A stretch of DNA of 64,000 nt. Origin: Candidatus Limnocylindria bacterium. GTDB lineage: Bacteria; Chloroflexota; Limnocylindria; QHBO01. The stretch covers positions 876 to 64,875 of the forward strand of contig DATCOX010000028.1 in NCBI GenBank assembly GCA_036564495.1, read 5' to 3'. This document shows positions 16,123 through 26,175 of this stretch, one piece after another. Each line of letters starts with the position of its first letter. The first letter of the stretch is position 1. The notes under the pieces are model-generated. The model searched no databases, was not told the DNA's origin, and was given only the letters and a program-made list of their open reading frames with translations. Position numbers and translations under genes: made by a program.

Positions 16123-19100
16123 GTGGGAGCGATCGTGTTCAAGCCGGTATCGAGCAGGTTGGATGTCCCGGCGCTCGAGCGGGAGCAGATCGAGGTCTGG
16201 CGCAAGGGCCGGACGATGGAGCGCTACCTGGCCCGCAATGAGGGATCGGAGCGGCGCTTCAGCTTCCTCGACGGCCCGATCACGGCCAACAACCCGATGG
16301 GCGTGCACCACGCCTGGGGCCGCACCTACAAGGACCTCTACCAGCGCTACCACACGATGCTCGGTGAGCGGCAGCGCTATCAGAACGGGTTCGACTGCCA
16401 GGGGCTGTGGATCGAGGTCGAAGCAGAGAAGGAACTCGGGTTCAAGAACAAGCGCGACATCGAGGCGTATGGGATCGACCGCTTTGTCGAGTTCTGCAAG
16501 GCTCGCACCCAGCGTTTCGCCGACCAGATCACGGAGCAGTCCATCCGGCTTGGCATGTGGATGGACTGGGACCACAGCTACTACACCAACTCGGACGAGA
16601 ACAACTACGCCATCTGGGACTTCCTGGCCGAGTGCCACCGGCGCGGGCTGATCTATCGCGGCCACGACGTGATGCCCTGGTGCCCGCGGTGCGGGACCGG
16701 CCTGTCGAACATGGAGCTCGCGACCGAGGGCTACCGCGAGCTCACCCACCTGTCGCTCACCGTGCGACTGCCGATCACGGCAGCGGGCCACGAGGACGAG
16801 GACCTGCTGGTCTGGACCACGACCCCATGGACGCTCTCCTCGAACGTCGCCGCGGCTGTCCATCCGGACCTGACGTATGTGCTGGTACAGGGGCGCGACG
16901 GCCGGCGCTGGTGGCTGAGCCACGGATCACTGGCGCGCGTCGCGCCTGACGCCGATGTGGTGCGCGACGCGAAGGGCTCCGAGCTGGTGGGTCTCACCTA
17001 CCGCGGCCCGTTCGACGAGCTGCCGGCCGCGGACGGGGTGGAGCACCGGGTCATCCCCTGGAACGAGGTGTCGGACGAGGAAGGGACCGGGATCGTTCAT
17101 ATTGCCCCGGGCAGCGGCCAGGAGGACTTCGCGCTCTCCAAGCAGTTCGAGCTGGCGGTGATCGATCCGATCGACGAATTCGGCCGCTTCCGCGAGGGCT
17201 TCGGCTGGCAGTCGGGGCGCTACGCGGGTGCCGACGATCCCGATGGCGCCGACCTGGCCCGCGAGGTGGCAGATGACCTCGATGCCAAGGGGCTGCTGGT
17301 CGCCCGCGAGGGATACCGCCACTCCTACCCGGTCTGCTGGCGGTGTGGCACCCAGGTCGTCTTCCGGCTGGTCGATGAATGGTTCATTTCGATGGACCCG
17401 CTACGCGCCGAGTTGTCCGACTCGACCCGGCGGGCGCGATGGCTGCCGGACAGCATCGGGCTGGAGGAGCGTGAGTTCGACTGGCTCCGCAACATGGCCG
17501 ACTGGATGATCAGCAAGAAGCGCTACTACGGGCTGGCGCTGCCGATCTGGACCTGCACCGCGTGCGACGCGTGGGAAGTGATCGGCTCACCGGCGTTGCT
17601 GCGCGAGCGTGCGGTTGCCGGATGGGACGAGTTCCAGGGCCATTCGCCGCATCGGCCATGGATCGACGCGGTCGAAATCGAATGCGCGTCGTGTGGCGGG
17701 AGCTCGCGGCGCATCCTCGATGTCGGCAACCCCTGGCTCGACGCGGGGATCGTGGGCCAGTCAACGCTGAAATGGACGACCGACCGCGACTACTGGCAGG
17801 AGTGGTACCCGGCCGACTTCGTGACGGAGTCGTTCCCGGGCCAGTTCCGCAATTGGTTCTACGCGCTCATCACAGAGAGCACGGTGATGACCGGCGAGGC
17901 GCCCTTCAAGACGCTGTTCGGCTATGCGCTGGTCCGCGACGAGCACGGCGAGGAGATGCACAAGAGCAAGGGGAACGCGATCCCCTTCGAAGAGGCCGCC
18001 GAGCAGATCGGCTCGGACGTCATGCGCTGGATGTTCTCCGCGGCCAACCCCGTCACCAACATGAACTTCGGCTACCACCTCGCTCACGAGGAGGTCCGGC
18101 GCTTCTTCCTGCCGCTCTGGAACACGTACGGTTTCTTCGTTACCTACGCGCGCCTGGACGGCTGGACGCCATCGGCGGCCGATGAGGCGGCGCAGTCGGC
18201 GCGCACCTTGCTGGACCGATGGATCATCTCCCGGCTCGAAACCGTGGTCGGCGATGTCCGCCGGGCCCTTGATGCATATGACGCGGCTCGGGCCGCGCGC
18301 GTGATCGAGGGCTTCGTCGAGGACCTCTCGAACTGGTATGTCAGGCGCAATCGCCGCCGCTTCTGGAAGGGCGAGCTGGACACCGACAAGCGTGCCGCCT
18401 ACGCCACCCTGCACGAGGTGCTCGTGACGGTCACCCGTCTGCTGGCGCCGTTTGTGCCGCACCTGGCCGATGCGATGTGGGGCAACCTGGTGGTGGCAGT
18501 CGACCCGGCTGCGGCCGACAGCGTCCACCTCACCGATTATCCGCAGCGCGTCCCGGAGCGGACGCGGCCGGATATCGATGCCGCGGTCGCTCTTGCGCGC
18601 GAGGTCGTCTCGCTCGGTCGCACCGCCCGGGCGGCCTCGGGGCTCAAGACGCGGCAGCCTCTGGCGACGGTGCGGGTCAAGCTGCCGGCAGCAGCGAACG
18701 GCCGGCTCAGCCCGGACCCGGCGACCGCCTCCGAGCTGGAGAGCGAGATCCTCGAGGAGCTCAATGGCAAGGCGCTCGAGGTCCTGACCGACGCCTCCGA
18801 GCTGGTCGAGCGCCACCTCTACCCGTTGCTGCCGGTGATCGGGCCGCGGCATGGGGGCGACGTCGGCAAGGTGATGACGGCGGTGCGATCCGGCGACTGG
18901 CGCATCCTGGATGATGGGAATGCGGAGGCAGGCGGCGTGACGTTGGCCCCCGACGAGTTCGAGCTGACCGCTCGCGCGCGTCCGGGTCACGAGGTCGCCG
19001 AGGCGGGGGACATGCTCGTGGCGCTCGACACCCAGCTGACCCCCGCGCTGGAGGCCGAGGGCCTCGCCCGCGACGTGGCGCACCGGCTGCAGGGCCTGCG

Positions 19101-19320
19101 CAAGGTGGCCGGGCTGGAGGTCAGCGATCGGATCGTGGCGTCGATCGATGGGCCGGCAAGCGTCGTCGCGCAACTGGCGCCGCACCGCGAGTGGCTGGCA
19201 GCCGAGATCCTGGCGACCGAGCTTGACCTTGGCGAAGCGGCAGAGCCCGGACCCTCCGCGACGGTCGAGGAGGTGCCGCTTCCTGGGGGCCGGCTGCGGC
19301 TGGCGGTGCGCCGCGCCTGA
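16123..19320 (+). CDS. ileS: Isoleucine--tRNA ligase
   Basis: Class I HIGH-like (PMGVHHAWG) and KMSKS-like (MHKSKGN) motifs; CP1 editing region; 1065 aa. Confidence 0.9.
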   Translation: MGAIVFKPVSSRLDVPALEREQIEVWRKGRTMERYLARNEGSERRFSFLDGPITANNPMGVHHAWGRTYKDLYQRYHTMLGERQRYQNGFDCQGLWIEVEAEKELGFKNKRDIEAYGIDRFVEFCKARTQRFADQITEQSIRLGMWMDWDHSYYTNSDENNYAIWDFLAECHRRGLIYRGHDVMPWCPRCGTGLSNMELATEGYRELTHLSLTVRLPITAAGHEDEDLLVWTTTPWTLSSNVAAAVHPDLTYVLVQGRDGRRWWLSHGSLARVAPDADVVRDAKGSELVGLTYRGPFDELPAADGVEHRVIPWNEVSDEEGTGIVHIAPGSGQEDFALSKQFELAVIDPIDEFGRFREGFGWQSGRYAGADDPDGADLAREVADDLDAKGLLVAREGYRHSYPVCWRCGTQVVFRLVDEWFISMDPLRAELSDSTRRARWLPDSIGLEEREFDWLRNMADWMISKKRYYGLALPIWTCTACDAWEVIGSPALLRERAVAGWDEFQGHSPHRPWIDAVEIECASCGGSSRRILDVGNPWLDAGIVGQSTLKWTTDRDYWQEWYPADFVTESFPGQFRNWFYALITESTVMTGEAPFKTLFGYALVRDEHGEEMHKSKGNAIPFEEAAEQIGSDVMRWMFSAANPVTNMNFGYHLAHEEVRRFFLPLWNTYGFFVTYARLDGWTPSAADEAAQSARTLLDRWIISRLETVVGDVRRALDAYDAARAARVIEGFVEDLSNWYVRRNRRRFWKGELDTDKRAAYATLHEVLVTVTRLLAPFVPHLADAMWGNLVVAVDPAAADSVHLTDYPQRVPERTRPDIDAAVALAREVVSLGRTARAASGLKTRQPLATVRVKLPAAANGRLSPDPATASELESEILEELNGKALEVLTDASELVERHLYPLLPVIGPRHGGDVGKVMTAVRSGDWRILDDGNAEAGGVTLAPDEFELTARARPGHEVAEAGDMLVALDTQLTPALEAEGLARDVAHRLQGLRKVAGLEVSDRIVASIDGPASVVAQLAPHREWLAAEILATELDLGEAAEPGPSATVEEVPLPGGRLRLAVRRA

Positions 19321-19380
19321 CGGGGCGCATCGCGTACCATCGGCAAGGTGACGAGCGGTGAGCACCGGGACGAGGGATTG

Positions 19381-19857
19381 ATGAAGGCCGCCGTGCTGCT
19401 CCTGACGGCCCTCGCGCTCCTCATCGCGGACCAGGTCACGAAGGCGCTCGTGGTGGCCGATCTGGCGGTGGGCCAGAGGGTCAATGTCATCGGCGACATG
19501 GTGCAGATCTGGCACGCCCAGAACCGCGGCGCCGCATTCAGCCTCTTCCAGGGCGGCACCCTCGTGTTCCTGGTCGTCTCGGTGCTCTCGATCGGGCTGG
19601 TGGTGTACTTCCATCGCGGCCTCCGGGACCGGAGCCCCTGGCTGCACGTCGTCCTCGGGATGGTCCTGGGCGGCACGCTCGGCAACTTCGTCGATCGGCT
19701 CCGCCAGGGCTATGTCACCGACTGGCTCTCGGTCGGCGTCGGGGACACGCGCTGGCCGACCTTCAACATCGCCGATGCCTCGGTCGTGGTCGGCATCGGC
19801 ATCCTGGTCCTCTACCTGTTCCTGACCAACCCGGACCGGCGCGAGGCGACCGCGTGA
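19381..19857 (+). CDS. lspA: Lipoprotein signal peptidase II
   Basis: Conserved FNIAD and GAAFS motifs; alternative GTG start at 19348. Confidence 0.85.
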   Translation: MKAAVLLLTALALLIADQVTKALVVADLAVGQRVNVIGDMVQIWHAQNRGAAFSLFQGGTLVFLVVSVLSIGLVVYFHRGLRDRSPWLHVVLGMVLGGTLGNFVDRLRQGYVTDWLSVGVGDTRWPTFNIADASVVVGIGILVLYLFLTNPDRREATA

Positions 19858-20834
19858 GCGACGCCGCGCTGGGCGATCGGGTCGTGACCGGCATTGCGCC
19901 GAGCGGCCGCTTCGACCTGGCGGTGAGCGCAGTGGCCGAGATCAGCCGGGCGCATGCGCAGCGCCTCATCTCCGACGGCCGGGCCCTGGTCGAGGGGCAC
20001 CGAGCGCGAGCCTCGGACCGGCTGCGCGGCGGGGAGTCGATCCGCGTCGAGCTGTCCGCGCCGCCCGACCCGACGCTGCGCGGGGAGTCGATCCCGCTGC
20101 GCATCGCGTATGAGGATGCGGAGATGCTGATCGTCGACAAGCCGGCCGGGTTGGTTGTGCATCCCAGCCACGGGCATGCGACCGGGACGCTGGTGCACGC
20201 GCTGGTCGGACGGGCGGAGGAGCGCGGCGAGCGGCTCGGTTCGATCGCCGGGGTCGGGCGGCCCGGGATCGTGCATCGGCTCGACAAGCAGACATCGGGC
20301 CTCATCCTGGTGGCCAAGACCGATGCCGCGCAGGCGAGCCTGATGCAGCAGTTCGGCGCTCGGAGCGTAGAGAAAGAGTACCTGGCGCTGGTGCGCGGCG
20401 ATCCGCCGGCCCCGCGCGGCCGCATTGAGGCCCCGGTCGGGCGCGACCCACACGACCGGCAGCGGATGGCGGTGGTCGGCGGCGGCCGGGAGGCGGTGAC
20501 CGAGTACGAGACGCTCGGCAGCGGCGGCGGCCACGCCCTCCTGGCGCTCCATCCGCGGACCGGCAGGACGCACCAGCTGCGCGCGCACCTCGCGTACCTG
20601 GGGCTGCCGATCGTCGGCGACCTCCGCTACGGCGGCGGGATCGGGCCCGGTGGGCTGGAGCGGCAGTTCCTGCACGCGGCCCGGCTGACCCTCCTCCGCC
20701 CGCTCGACGACCGCCGGCTGACGGCGTGGAGCGAGCTGCCGGCGGACCTCGCCGCCTCCCTGGCGGCGAGTGGCATCGTCAGCGACCGGCTGCCGGTCGG
20801 GATCGGTGCGGCCCTCGTGGAGGGGTCCGATTGA
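19854..20834 (+). CDS. rluD: RluA-family 23S rRNA pseudouridine synthase (RluD-like) with S4 domain
   Basis: HRLDKQTSGLILVAKT catalytic motif; 4-nt overlap with lspA. Confidence 0.85.
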   Translation: MSDAALGDRVVTGIAPSGRFDLAVSAVAEISRAHAQRLISDGRALVEGHRARASDRLRGGESIRVELSAPPDPTLRGESIPLRIAYEDAEMLIVDKPAGLVVHPSHGHATGTLVHALVGRAEERGERLGSIAGVGRPGIVHRLDKQTSGLILVAKTDAAQASLMQQFGARSVEKEYLALVRGDPPAPRGRIEAPVGRDPHDRQRMAVVGGGREAVTEYETLGSGGGHALLALHPRTGRTHQLRAHLAYLGLPIVGDLRYGGGIGPGGLERQFLHAARLTLLRPLDDRRLTAWSELPADLAASLAASGIVSDRLPVGIGAALVEGSD

Positions 20835-21469
20835 GCGGCGAGCGCGCGGCCGCCAAGCCCGCGAAGCGCCTCGCCTTCCCGAACCCGCTGCTGGTCGTGG
20901 TCTCCGGACCGTCGGGGGTCGGCAAGAGCACCATCGTGGCCGAGCTCTCGCGACGGCACCCGCAGGTCGTCCCGATCGTCACCGCCACCACCCGTGAGCG
21001 GCGGGAGGGGGAGCTCGACAAGGTCCACTACCACTTCCTCAGCGCGGAGGAGTTCCAGCGGCTGCGCGATCGGGACGGCCTGCTCGAGCATGCGATCGTC
21101 CACGACCACTGGTACGGCACCCCGGTCGACCAGGTGCGCGGGATCCTGGCGGCCGGACGCGACGCGATCCTGACGATCGATCCCCAGGGAGCGCGATCCG
21201 TGCGGGCGCTCGTGCCCGATGCGCTCCTGATCTTCATCATGCCGCCCTCGATCGAGGATCTCGACCAGCGCCTGGCGCGCCGTGGCTCCGAGGACGGAAC
21301 GGAGCGCGCGCTGCGCCGGCACAACGCCGAGGCGGAGATGGCGGCGGCTGGCGACTATGACTACGCGATCGTCAACCAGACCGATCACCCCGACGAGGCG
21401 GTCGAGCAGATCTGGGAGATCATCCAGGCCGAGGCCCGGCGCGACCCACCGCGGCACGTCCAGGTCTGA
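20831..21469 (+). CDS. gmk: Guanylate kinase
   Basis: P-loop SGPSGVGKST and TTR..R.GE motif; TTG start overlapping the rluD stop. Confidence 0.85.
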   Translation: MSGERAAAKPAKRLAFPNPLLVVVSGPSGVGKSTIVAELSRRHPQVVPIVTATTRERREGELDKVHYHFLSAEEFQRLRDRDGLLEHAIVHDHWYGTPVDQVRGILAAGRDAILTIDPQGARSVRALVPDALLIFIMPPSIEDLDQRLARRGSEDGTERALRRHNAEAEMAAAGDYDYAIVNQTDHPDEAVEQIWEIIQAEARRDPPRHVQV

Positions 21470-21471
21470 GC

Positions 21472-23838
21472 ATGGTGGCCGAGGTGGCCGCCCCGGAGAC
21501 GGTCCGCGTCGCGGTCGAGGCGCTCGCCGATCGACCGGAGCGCGCGTTCAGCTATGAGCTCCCGGCCGAGCTCGGCAGGCCAGCCCCGGGCTCGCTCCTG
21601 CTCGTCCCGTATGGTCGTCGCCTGGCGCTGGGCTACCTCCTGGCGGGCTCGCCGGAGCCCGAGCTGGGGATCGAGCTGCGCGCCGTCGAGGCGGTCGTCT
21701 CCGGACCGATGCTCACGCCGGACCTGCTCGCCCTCGCCGAGGAGATCGCCGCGTACTACTGCGCACCGCTTGGAGCGACGATCGCCGCGATGCTGCCGCC
21801 AGGGCTGGAGTCACGGCTCGAGCGACGCTGGGCATCGCCGCATCCGCCTCTCCTGCCCGACGCGTTGCAGGCGCTGCTCTCCGGCTCGGAGGAGGTCACG
21901 GACGCCACCCTGAAGCGAGCCCTGGGCGCACGATGGAGCGCGGCCGCGGATGCGCTGCGCCGCTCCGGCGCGCTGTCCGCGCGCTGGTCGCTGCGGCCGC
22001 CGGAGCTCCAGGCGCGCCGCATCCGAACGCTGAGGCGACTTCCCTCCAGCGTGGAGCCGAAGCGGGCCGCGCCGCTCCAGCGCGCGATCCTCGCGGCGCT
22101 CGACGACGAGCCGCGCAGCCTGCCGGAGCTGGCCGCCGAGATCGGAGTCGAGGGCGCCTCCATCCTTGCCGCGAGCCGGCGACTGGTGGCGCGTGGCGCC
22201 GCCGAGATGGCCTGGGCCGCCGTGGAGCGCGATCCACGCGCCCATCGGCCGACCGAGCCGGCGCGCGACCACACCCTCGCGGACGAGCAGCGGGTCGCGC
22301 TCGAACAGCTGGAGTCCCTCCCGCCGGGGGGCGAGTTGCTCCTCGAGGGGGTCGCCGCCGCCGGCAAGACCGACGTCTACCTTGCGGCCCTCGAACGGGT
22401 GCTGGCCGGGACCGGCACGGCGATCGTGCTGGTGCCGGAGGTCTCGCTGGTCACGCAGCTCGCCGATCGTGTCGCCTCGTTGGCCGGGGATCGGCTGGCG
22501 GTGCTCCACTCCGGCCTGTCGGCGGGGGAGCGCCACGACACCTGGTGGCGGATCCTGCGCGGCGAGGCGCGGGTGGTGGTCGGCACCCGCATGGCCGCGT
22601 TCGCGCCGCTCTCCGACCTGCGCATGATCGTCGTCGACGAGGCGCACGACAGTGCCTACAAGGCCGATCGCGCTCCGCGCTACGACGCGCGCTGGGTCGC
22701 TCGCCGCCGCGCGGCGCTGACGGGGGCCCGCGCGGTGATGGGCACGGCGACGCCCGACGTGGTGACCGTGGCGCGGGTGCGCGGCGGGCTGGTCGATCGG
22801 GCGCGCCTGGTCGAGCGGAGGGTGGGTCGCGCGCCCTCGGTGGAGGTCGTGGACCTTCGCGCCGAGCTGGCGGATGGGAACCGATCGATCTTCTCCCGGG
22901 CCCTGACGGCGGCCCTGGCCGACCTTCGGCCGGGGCGCGAGCAGGCGATCCTGCTCATGAATCGGCGCGGCGCGGCGACCTTCGTCCTGTGTCGCGACTG
23001 CGGGGAGAGCCTTCGCTGCCCGGACTGCGACCTGCCATTCGTCTTCCACCTTGCCGGCGGCCAGCTGCGCTGCCACCACTGCGGCCGAACCGCCCGCCCT
23101 CCGGAGAAATGCCCGCACTGCGGGAGCGGTCGGATCCGCTTTTTCGGCGCGGGGACGCAGCGCGTGGAGGCCGAGCTGCGGGCCAGGTTTCCGCATCTCC
23201 GCGTCTCGCGTCTCGACTCCGACGCGCTGGCCGCGCGGCGTGGCTTCGAAGCGATCTACGACGACTTCCGCGACGGGCGCGTCGACGTGCTGGTCGGGAC
23301 GCAGCTCGCTGCCAAGGGGCTCGACCTGCCGAGCGTGACCCTGGCGGCGGTGATCGCCGCCGACGTGACCCTCAACCTCCCCGACTACCTGGCACCGGAG
23401 CGGACCTTCCAACTGCTGGCGCAGGTCGCCGGGCGGGCCGGCAGGGGAGAGCAGCCCGGTCGAGTCCTGATCCAGACCTACGCAGCCGCGCACTACGCGA
23501 TCCGGGCCGCAAGCCGGATGGACGTCGACGGCTTCGCCGACGAGGAGCTGCCCCGTCGCCGCCTGCTCGGGTACCCGCCCGCCTGTGTGCTGGCCCGCCT
23601 GCTCGTGGCCGATCCGGACCGGGGACGGGCTGAGGCGCGGGGCCGCGATGCCGCGACGGCCGTGGCCCTGCCCGGCGTGGAGGTCCATGGGCCGCTTCCG
23701 TCGTACGTCCCGCGCCGCGCGGGACGCTGGCGCTTTCAGGTCGTTCTTCGGGCACGTGACGAGGCCGTTCGCGCCGCGGCGCTCGAGCGCGTTCCGGCCG
23801 GCGTGGCGATCGACGTCGATCCCGAATCGCTCCTCTAG
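21472..23838 (+). CDS. priA: Primosomal protein N' (replication restart helicase PriA)
   Basis: Helicase motifs (GSGKT, DEAH-like), Cys-rich zinc-binding region CRDCG...CPDCD...CHHCG...CPHCG. Confidence 0.9.
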   Translation: MVAEVAAPETVRVAVEALADRPERAFSYELPAELGRPAPGSLLLVPYGRRLALGYLLAGSPEPELGIELRAVEAVVSGPMLTPDLLALAEEIAAYYCAPLGATIAAMLPPGLESRLERRWASPHPPLLPDALQALLSGSEEVTDATLKRALGARWSAAADALRRSGALSARWSLRPPELQARRIRTLRRLPSSVEPKRAAPLQRAILAALDDEPRSLPELAAEIGVEGASILAASRRLVARGAAEMAWAAVERDPRAHRPTEPARDHTLADEQRVALEQLESLPPGGELLLEGVAAAGKTDVYLAALERVLAGTGTAIVLVPEVSLVTQLADRVASLAGDRLAVLHSGLSAGERHDTWWRILRGEARVVVGTRMAAFAPLSDLRMIVVDEAHDSAYKADRAPRYDARWVARRRAALTGARAVMGTATPDVVTVARVRGGLVDRARLVERRVGRAPSVEVVDLRAELADGNRSIFSRALTAALADLRPGREQAILLMNRRGAATFVLCRDCGESLRCPDCDLPFVFHLAGGQLRCHHCGRTARPPEKCPHCGSGRIRFFGAGTQRVEAELRARFPHLRVSRLDSDALAARRGFEAIYDDFRDGRVDVLVGTQLAAKGLDLPSVTLAAVIAADVTLNLPDYLAPERTFQLLAQVAGRAGRGEQPGRVLIQTYAAAHYAIRAASRMDVDGFADEELPRRRLLGYPPACVLARLLVADPDRGRAEARGRDAATAVALPGVEVHGPLPSYVPRRAGRWRFQVVLRARDEAVRAAALERVPAGVAIDVDPESLL

Positions 23839-23881
23839 GCGCTGGCTCCGGCCGGCTGGACAGGCGTATCGGATCGGTACA

Positions 23882-24397
23882 ATGCGGGCGATGGCCATCC
23901 GACCGATTCTCATCGCCGACGAGGCGACCCTGCATCAGCGCGCCAAGAAGGTGACCCACTTCGACACCTCGTTGCATCGGCTGCTGGCGGAGATGGTCGA
24001 GACGATGCGCGATGCGCCCGGGATCGGCCTGGCGGCCAACCAGATCGGCGTGCCGCTGCAGGTCGCGGTGATCGAGCTCCAGGAGAAGGTCACCGAGCTG
24101 ATCAACCCGCAGATCGTGCGTACCAGCGGCGAGGTGATCGACTGGGAGGGCTGCCTCTCCGTCCCGGGCTTCGTGGCCGAGGTGCATCGCCACGCCAAGG
24201 TGACGGTCAAGGCGCGGGATCGGCACGGCAAGGAGTTCCGCGTCAAGGGCGACGAGCTCTTCGCGCGTGCGCTGCAGCACGAGATCGACCACCTCAACGG
24301 GGTCCTCTACATCGACTACCTCGATTCGCTCGAAGAGCTGGTCCGCGTCAGCGACCATCCGAGCGAGGTGGAGGAACCGACGACCGCGGCGATCTAG
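23882..24397 (+). CDS. def: Peptide deformylase
   Basis: Motifs GIGLAANQIG, EGCLS, QHEIDHLNG. Confidence 0.9.
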   Translation: MRAMAIRPILIADEATLHQRAKKVTHFDTSLHRLLAEMVETMRDAPGIGLAANQIGVPLQVAVIELQEKVTELINPQIVRTSGEVIDWEGCLSVPGFVAEVHRHAKVTVKARDRHGKEFRVKGDELFARALQHEIDHLNGVLYIDYLDSLEELVRVSDHPSEVEEPTTAAI

Positions 24398-25344
24398 TGC
24401 CGACCCTCGGCCGCCTGACCTTCCTCGCCACCGGCTCGTTCGGCGTCCCGCTCCTCTCGCGACTGCCTGAGCTGAGCGACGACCTGCTCGTCGTCAGCCA
24501 GCCGGATCGACCGGCCGGGCGTGGCCTGCAGCCACGTCCCTCTCCGGTCGCCGCGTGGGCCCGCGAGCACGGCATCCGGGTCGAGACGCCCCGCCGGATC
24601 CGCTCCGACGAGGGACGAGCGCTCCTGCGGGCCTTTGCCCCGGACGGCCTGCTCCTGGCCGCCTACGGTCAGCTGGTCCCGGCCGACATGCTCCAGGTGG
24701 CGGCCCGGCCGCCCCTCAACGTCCACCCTTCGCTGCTGCCCCGTCATCGCGGGGCGGCGCCGGTCGCCTCCACGATCCTCGCCGGAGACGCCGAGGGCGG
24801 TGTGACGCTGATGGTCATGACCGAGGAGCTGGATGCGGGTCCTCTGGTGAAGCAGTGGCGCGTCTCGCTGACCGGCAGGGAGACGACGCCCGAGCTGGAG
24901 GGGCAGCTGGCCCGGCTCGCTGCGCAGGAAGTGCCGCCGGAGCTCGAGGCCTGGGCCGCCGGCCCGATCGCAACGACGCGCCAGGATGAGCGCCTCGCCA
25001 CCATGATCCGACCCTTCCATCGCAGCGACGGCTGGATCGAGTGGAAGCAGCCGGCGGCGGTCGTCGACCGGCGCGTCCGCGCCCTGCAGCCGTGGCCGGG
25101 AGCCTGGACCACGCTCGACGGGCGACGGCTCCACATCCGCGCCGCGCACGCCGTCGCGGGCGTCGACGGCCCGCTGGTCGGCATGCTGCTCCCCGGTGAG
25201 CCACCACTGGTCGCGTGCGGCCAGGGAGCGCTCGCGCTGGACCTGGTTCAGCCGGAGGGGCGCCCCGCGATGCCGGCCGATGCGTGGCGCCGGGGCATCC
25301 CCCGCGAGCACGTTCTGCTGGGTGGCGGACCGGCCCCGGAGTAG
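24397..25344 (+). CDS. fmt: Methionyl-tRNA formyltransferase
   Basis: Formyltransferase N-domain (LNVHPSLLPRHRGAAP) plus C-terminal domain; 1-nt overlap with def. Confidence 0.9.
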   Translation: MPTLGRLTFLATGSFGVPLLSRLPELSDDLLVVSQPDRPAGRGLQPRPSPVAAWAREHGIRVETPRRIRSDEGRALLRAFAPDGLLLAAYGQLVPADMLQVAARPPLNVHPSLLPRHRGAAPVASTILAGDAEGGVTLMVMTEELDAGPLVKQWRVSLTGRETTPELEGQLARLAAQEVPPELEAWAAGPIATTRQDERLATMIRPFHRSDGWIEWKQPAAVVDRRVRALQPWPGAWTTLDGRRLHIRAAHAVAGVDGPLVGMLLPGEPPLVACGQGALALDLVQPEGRPAMPADAWRRGIPREHVLLGGGPAPE

Positions 25345-25389
25345 CGCCATCTTCACCTCGGCTTCACGGAGGCGAAAGGGAGGCTCGGC

Positions 25390-25395
25390 TATACT
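25390..25395 (+). promoter_or_regulatory. TATACT -10 box upstream of the zinc metallopeptidase gene
   Basis: Rare AT hexamer 34 nt before the start codon. Confidence 0.3.
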
Positions 25396-25428
25396 CGGCG
25401 CGCTTCCAAGGAGGTAGCACCAAACACC

Positions 25429-26175
25429 ATGGGTAGTTTCCTGCCCTACGTCCTGCTGGTCATGCTTCCGAGCATCGCGATCACCGGCTGGGCGGCGTGG
25501 CGCGTTCGCTCGACCTATGCCAAGTGGTCGAAGGTCGACTCCGGCATCAACCTGTCAGCCTTCGATTTCGCCCGCCGGCTGCTCGACCGGCAGGGGCTCA
25601 CCGATGTCAAGATCGAGCCTATTCCCGGTCAGCTGACCGACAACTACGACCCTCGTAACAAGGTGCTCCACGTGAGCTCGGCGGTGGCAGGCAACCAGCA
25701 GCTCGGCCGCTACGACCCAAGCGATCGTACGGTGGGATTTCCCGCCGGCTCGGGCACCCTCTCGGTCGCGGCCGCGGCGGTGATCGCCCACGAGGTGGGT
25801 CACGCCCTGCAGGATCGCGAGCGCGACCCGTGGATGGCAGCGCGCCAGACGATCGTGCCGGCCGTCCAGCTCGGCTCCGGAATTGCGCCCTGGCTGATCA
25901 TCGGCGGCCTCTGGACCAACCTGCTGGGGCTGGCCTGGGTCGGCCTCATCGCGTTCGGGGCCGCGGTCGTCTTCACCTTCCTGACGCTTCCGGTCGAGAT
26001 CGGGGCATCGGGCAAGGCGCTGGCCTTCGTCAGCAGCCTGGGGATCAGCGGCGAGCGCCAGGTCGGCGCCCGCGACGTGCTCAAGGCAGCGGCATGGACC
26101 TACGTCGCCGCGGCGCTGGCGGCCCTGCTCACCTTCCTGTACTACTTGAGCCTGATCATCGGGCGTCGTGACTGA
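25429..26175 (+). CDS. Putative neutral zinc metallopeptidase (YugP/Zn_peptidase_2 family), membrane-anchored
   Basis: HEVGHALQ zinc-binding motif flanked by TM helices. Confidence 0.8.
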   Translation: MGSFLPYVLLVMLPSIAITGWAAWRVRSTYAKWSKVDSGINLSAFDFARRLLDRQGLTDVKIEPIPGQLTDNYDPRNKVLHVSSAVAGNQQLGRYDPSDRTVGFPAGSGTLSVAAAAVIAHEVGHALQDRERDPWMAARQTIVPAVQLGSGIAPWLIIGGLWTNLLGLAWVGLIAFGAAVVFTFLTLPVEIGASGKALAFVSSLGISGERQVGARDVLKAAAWTYVAAALAALLTFLYYLSLIIGRRD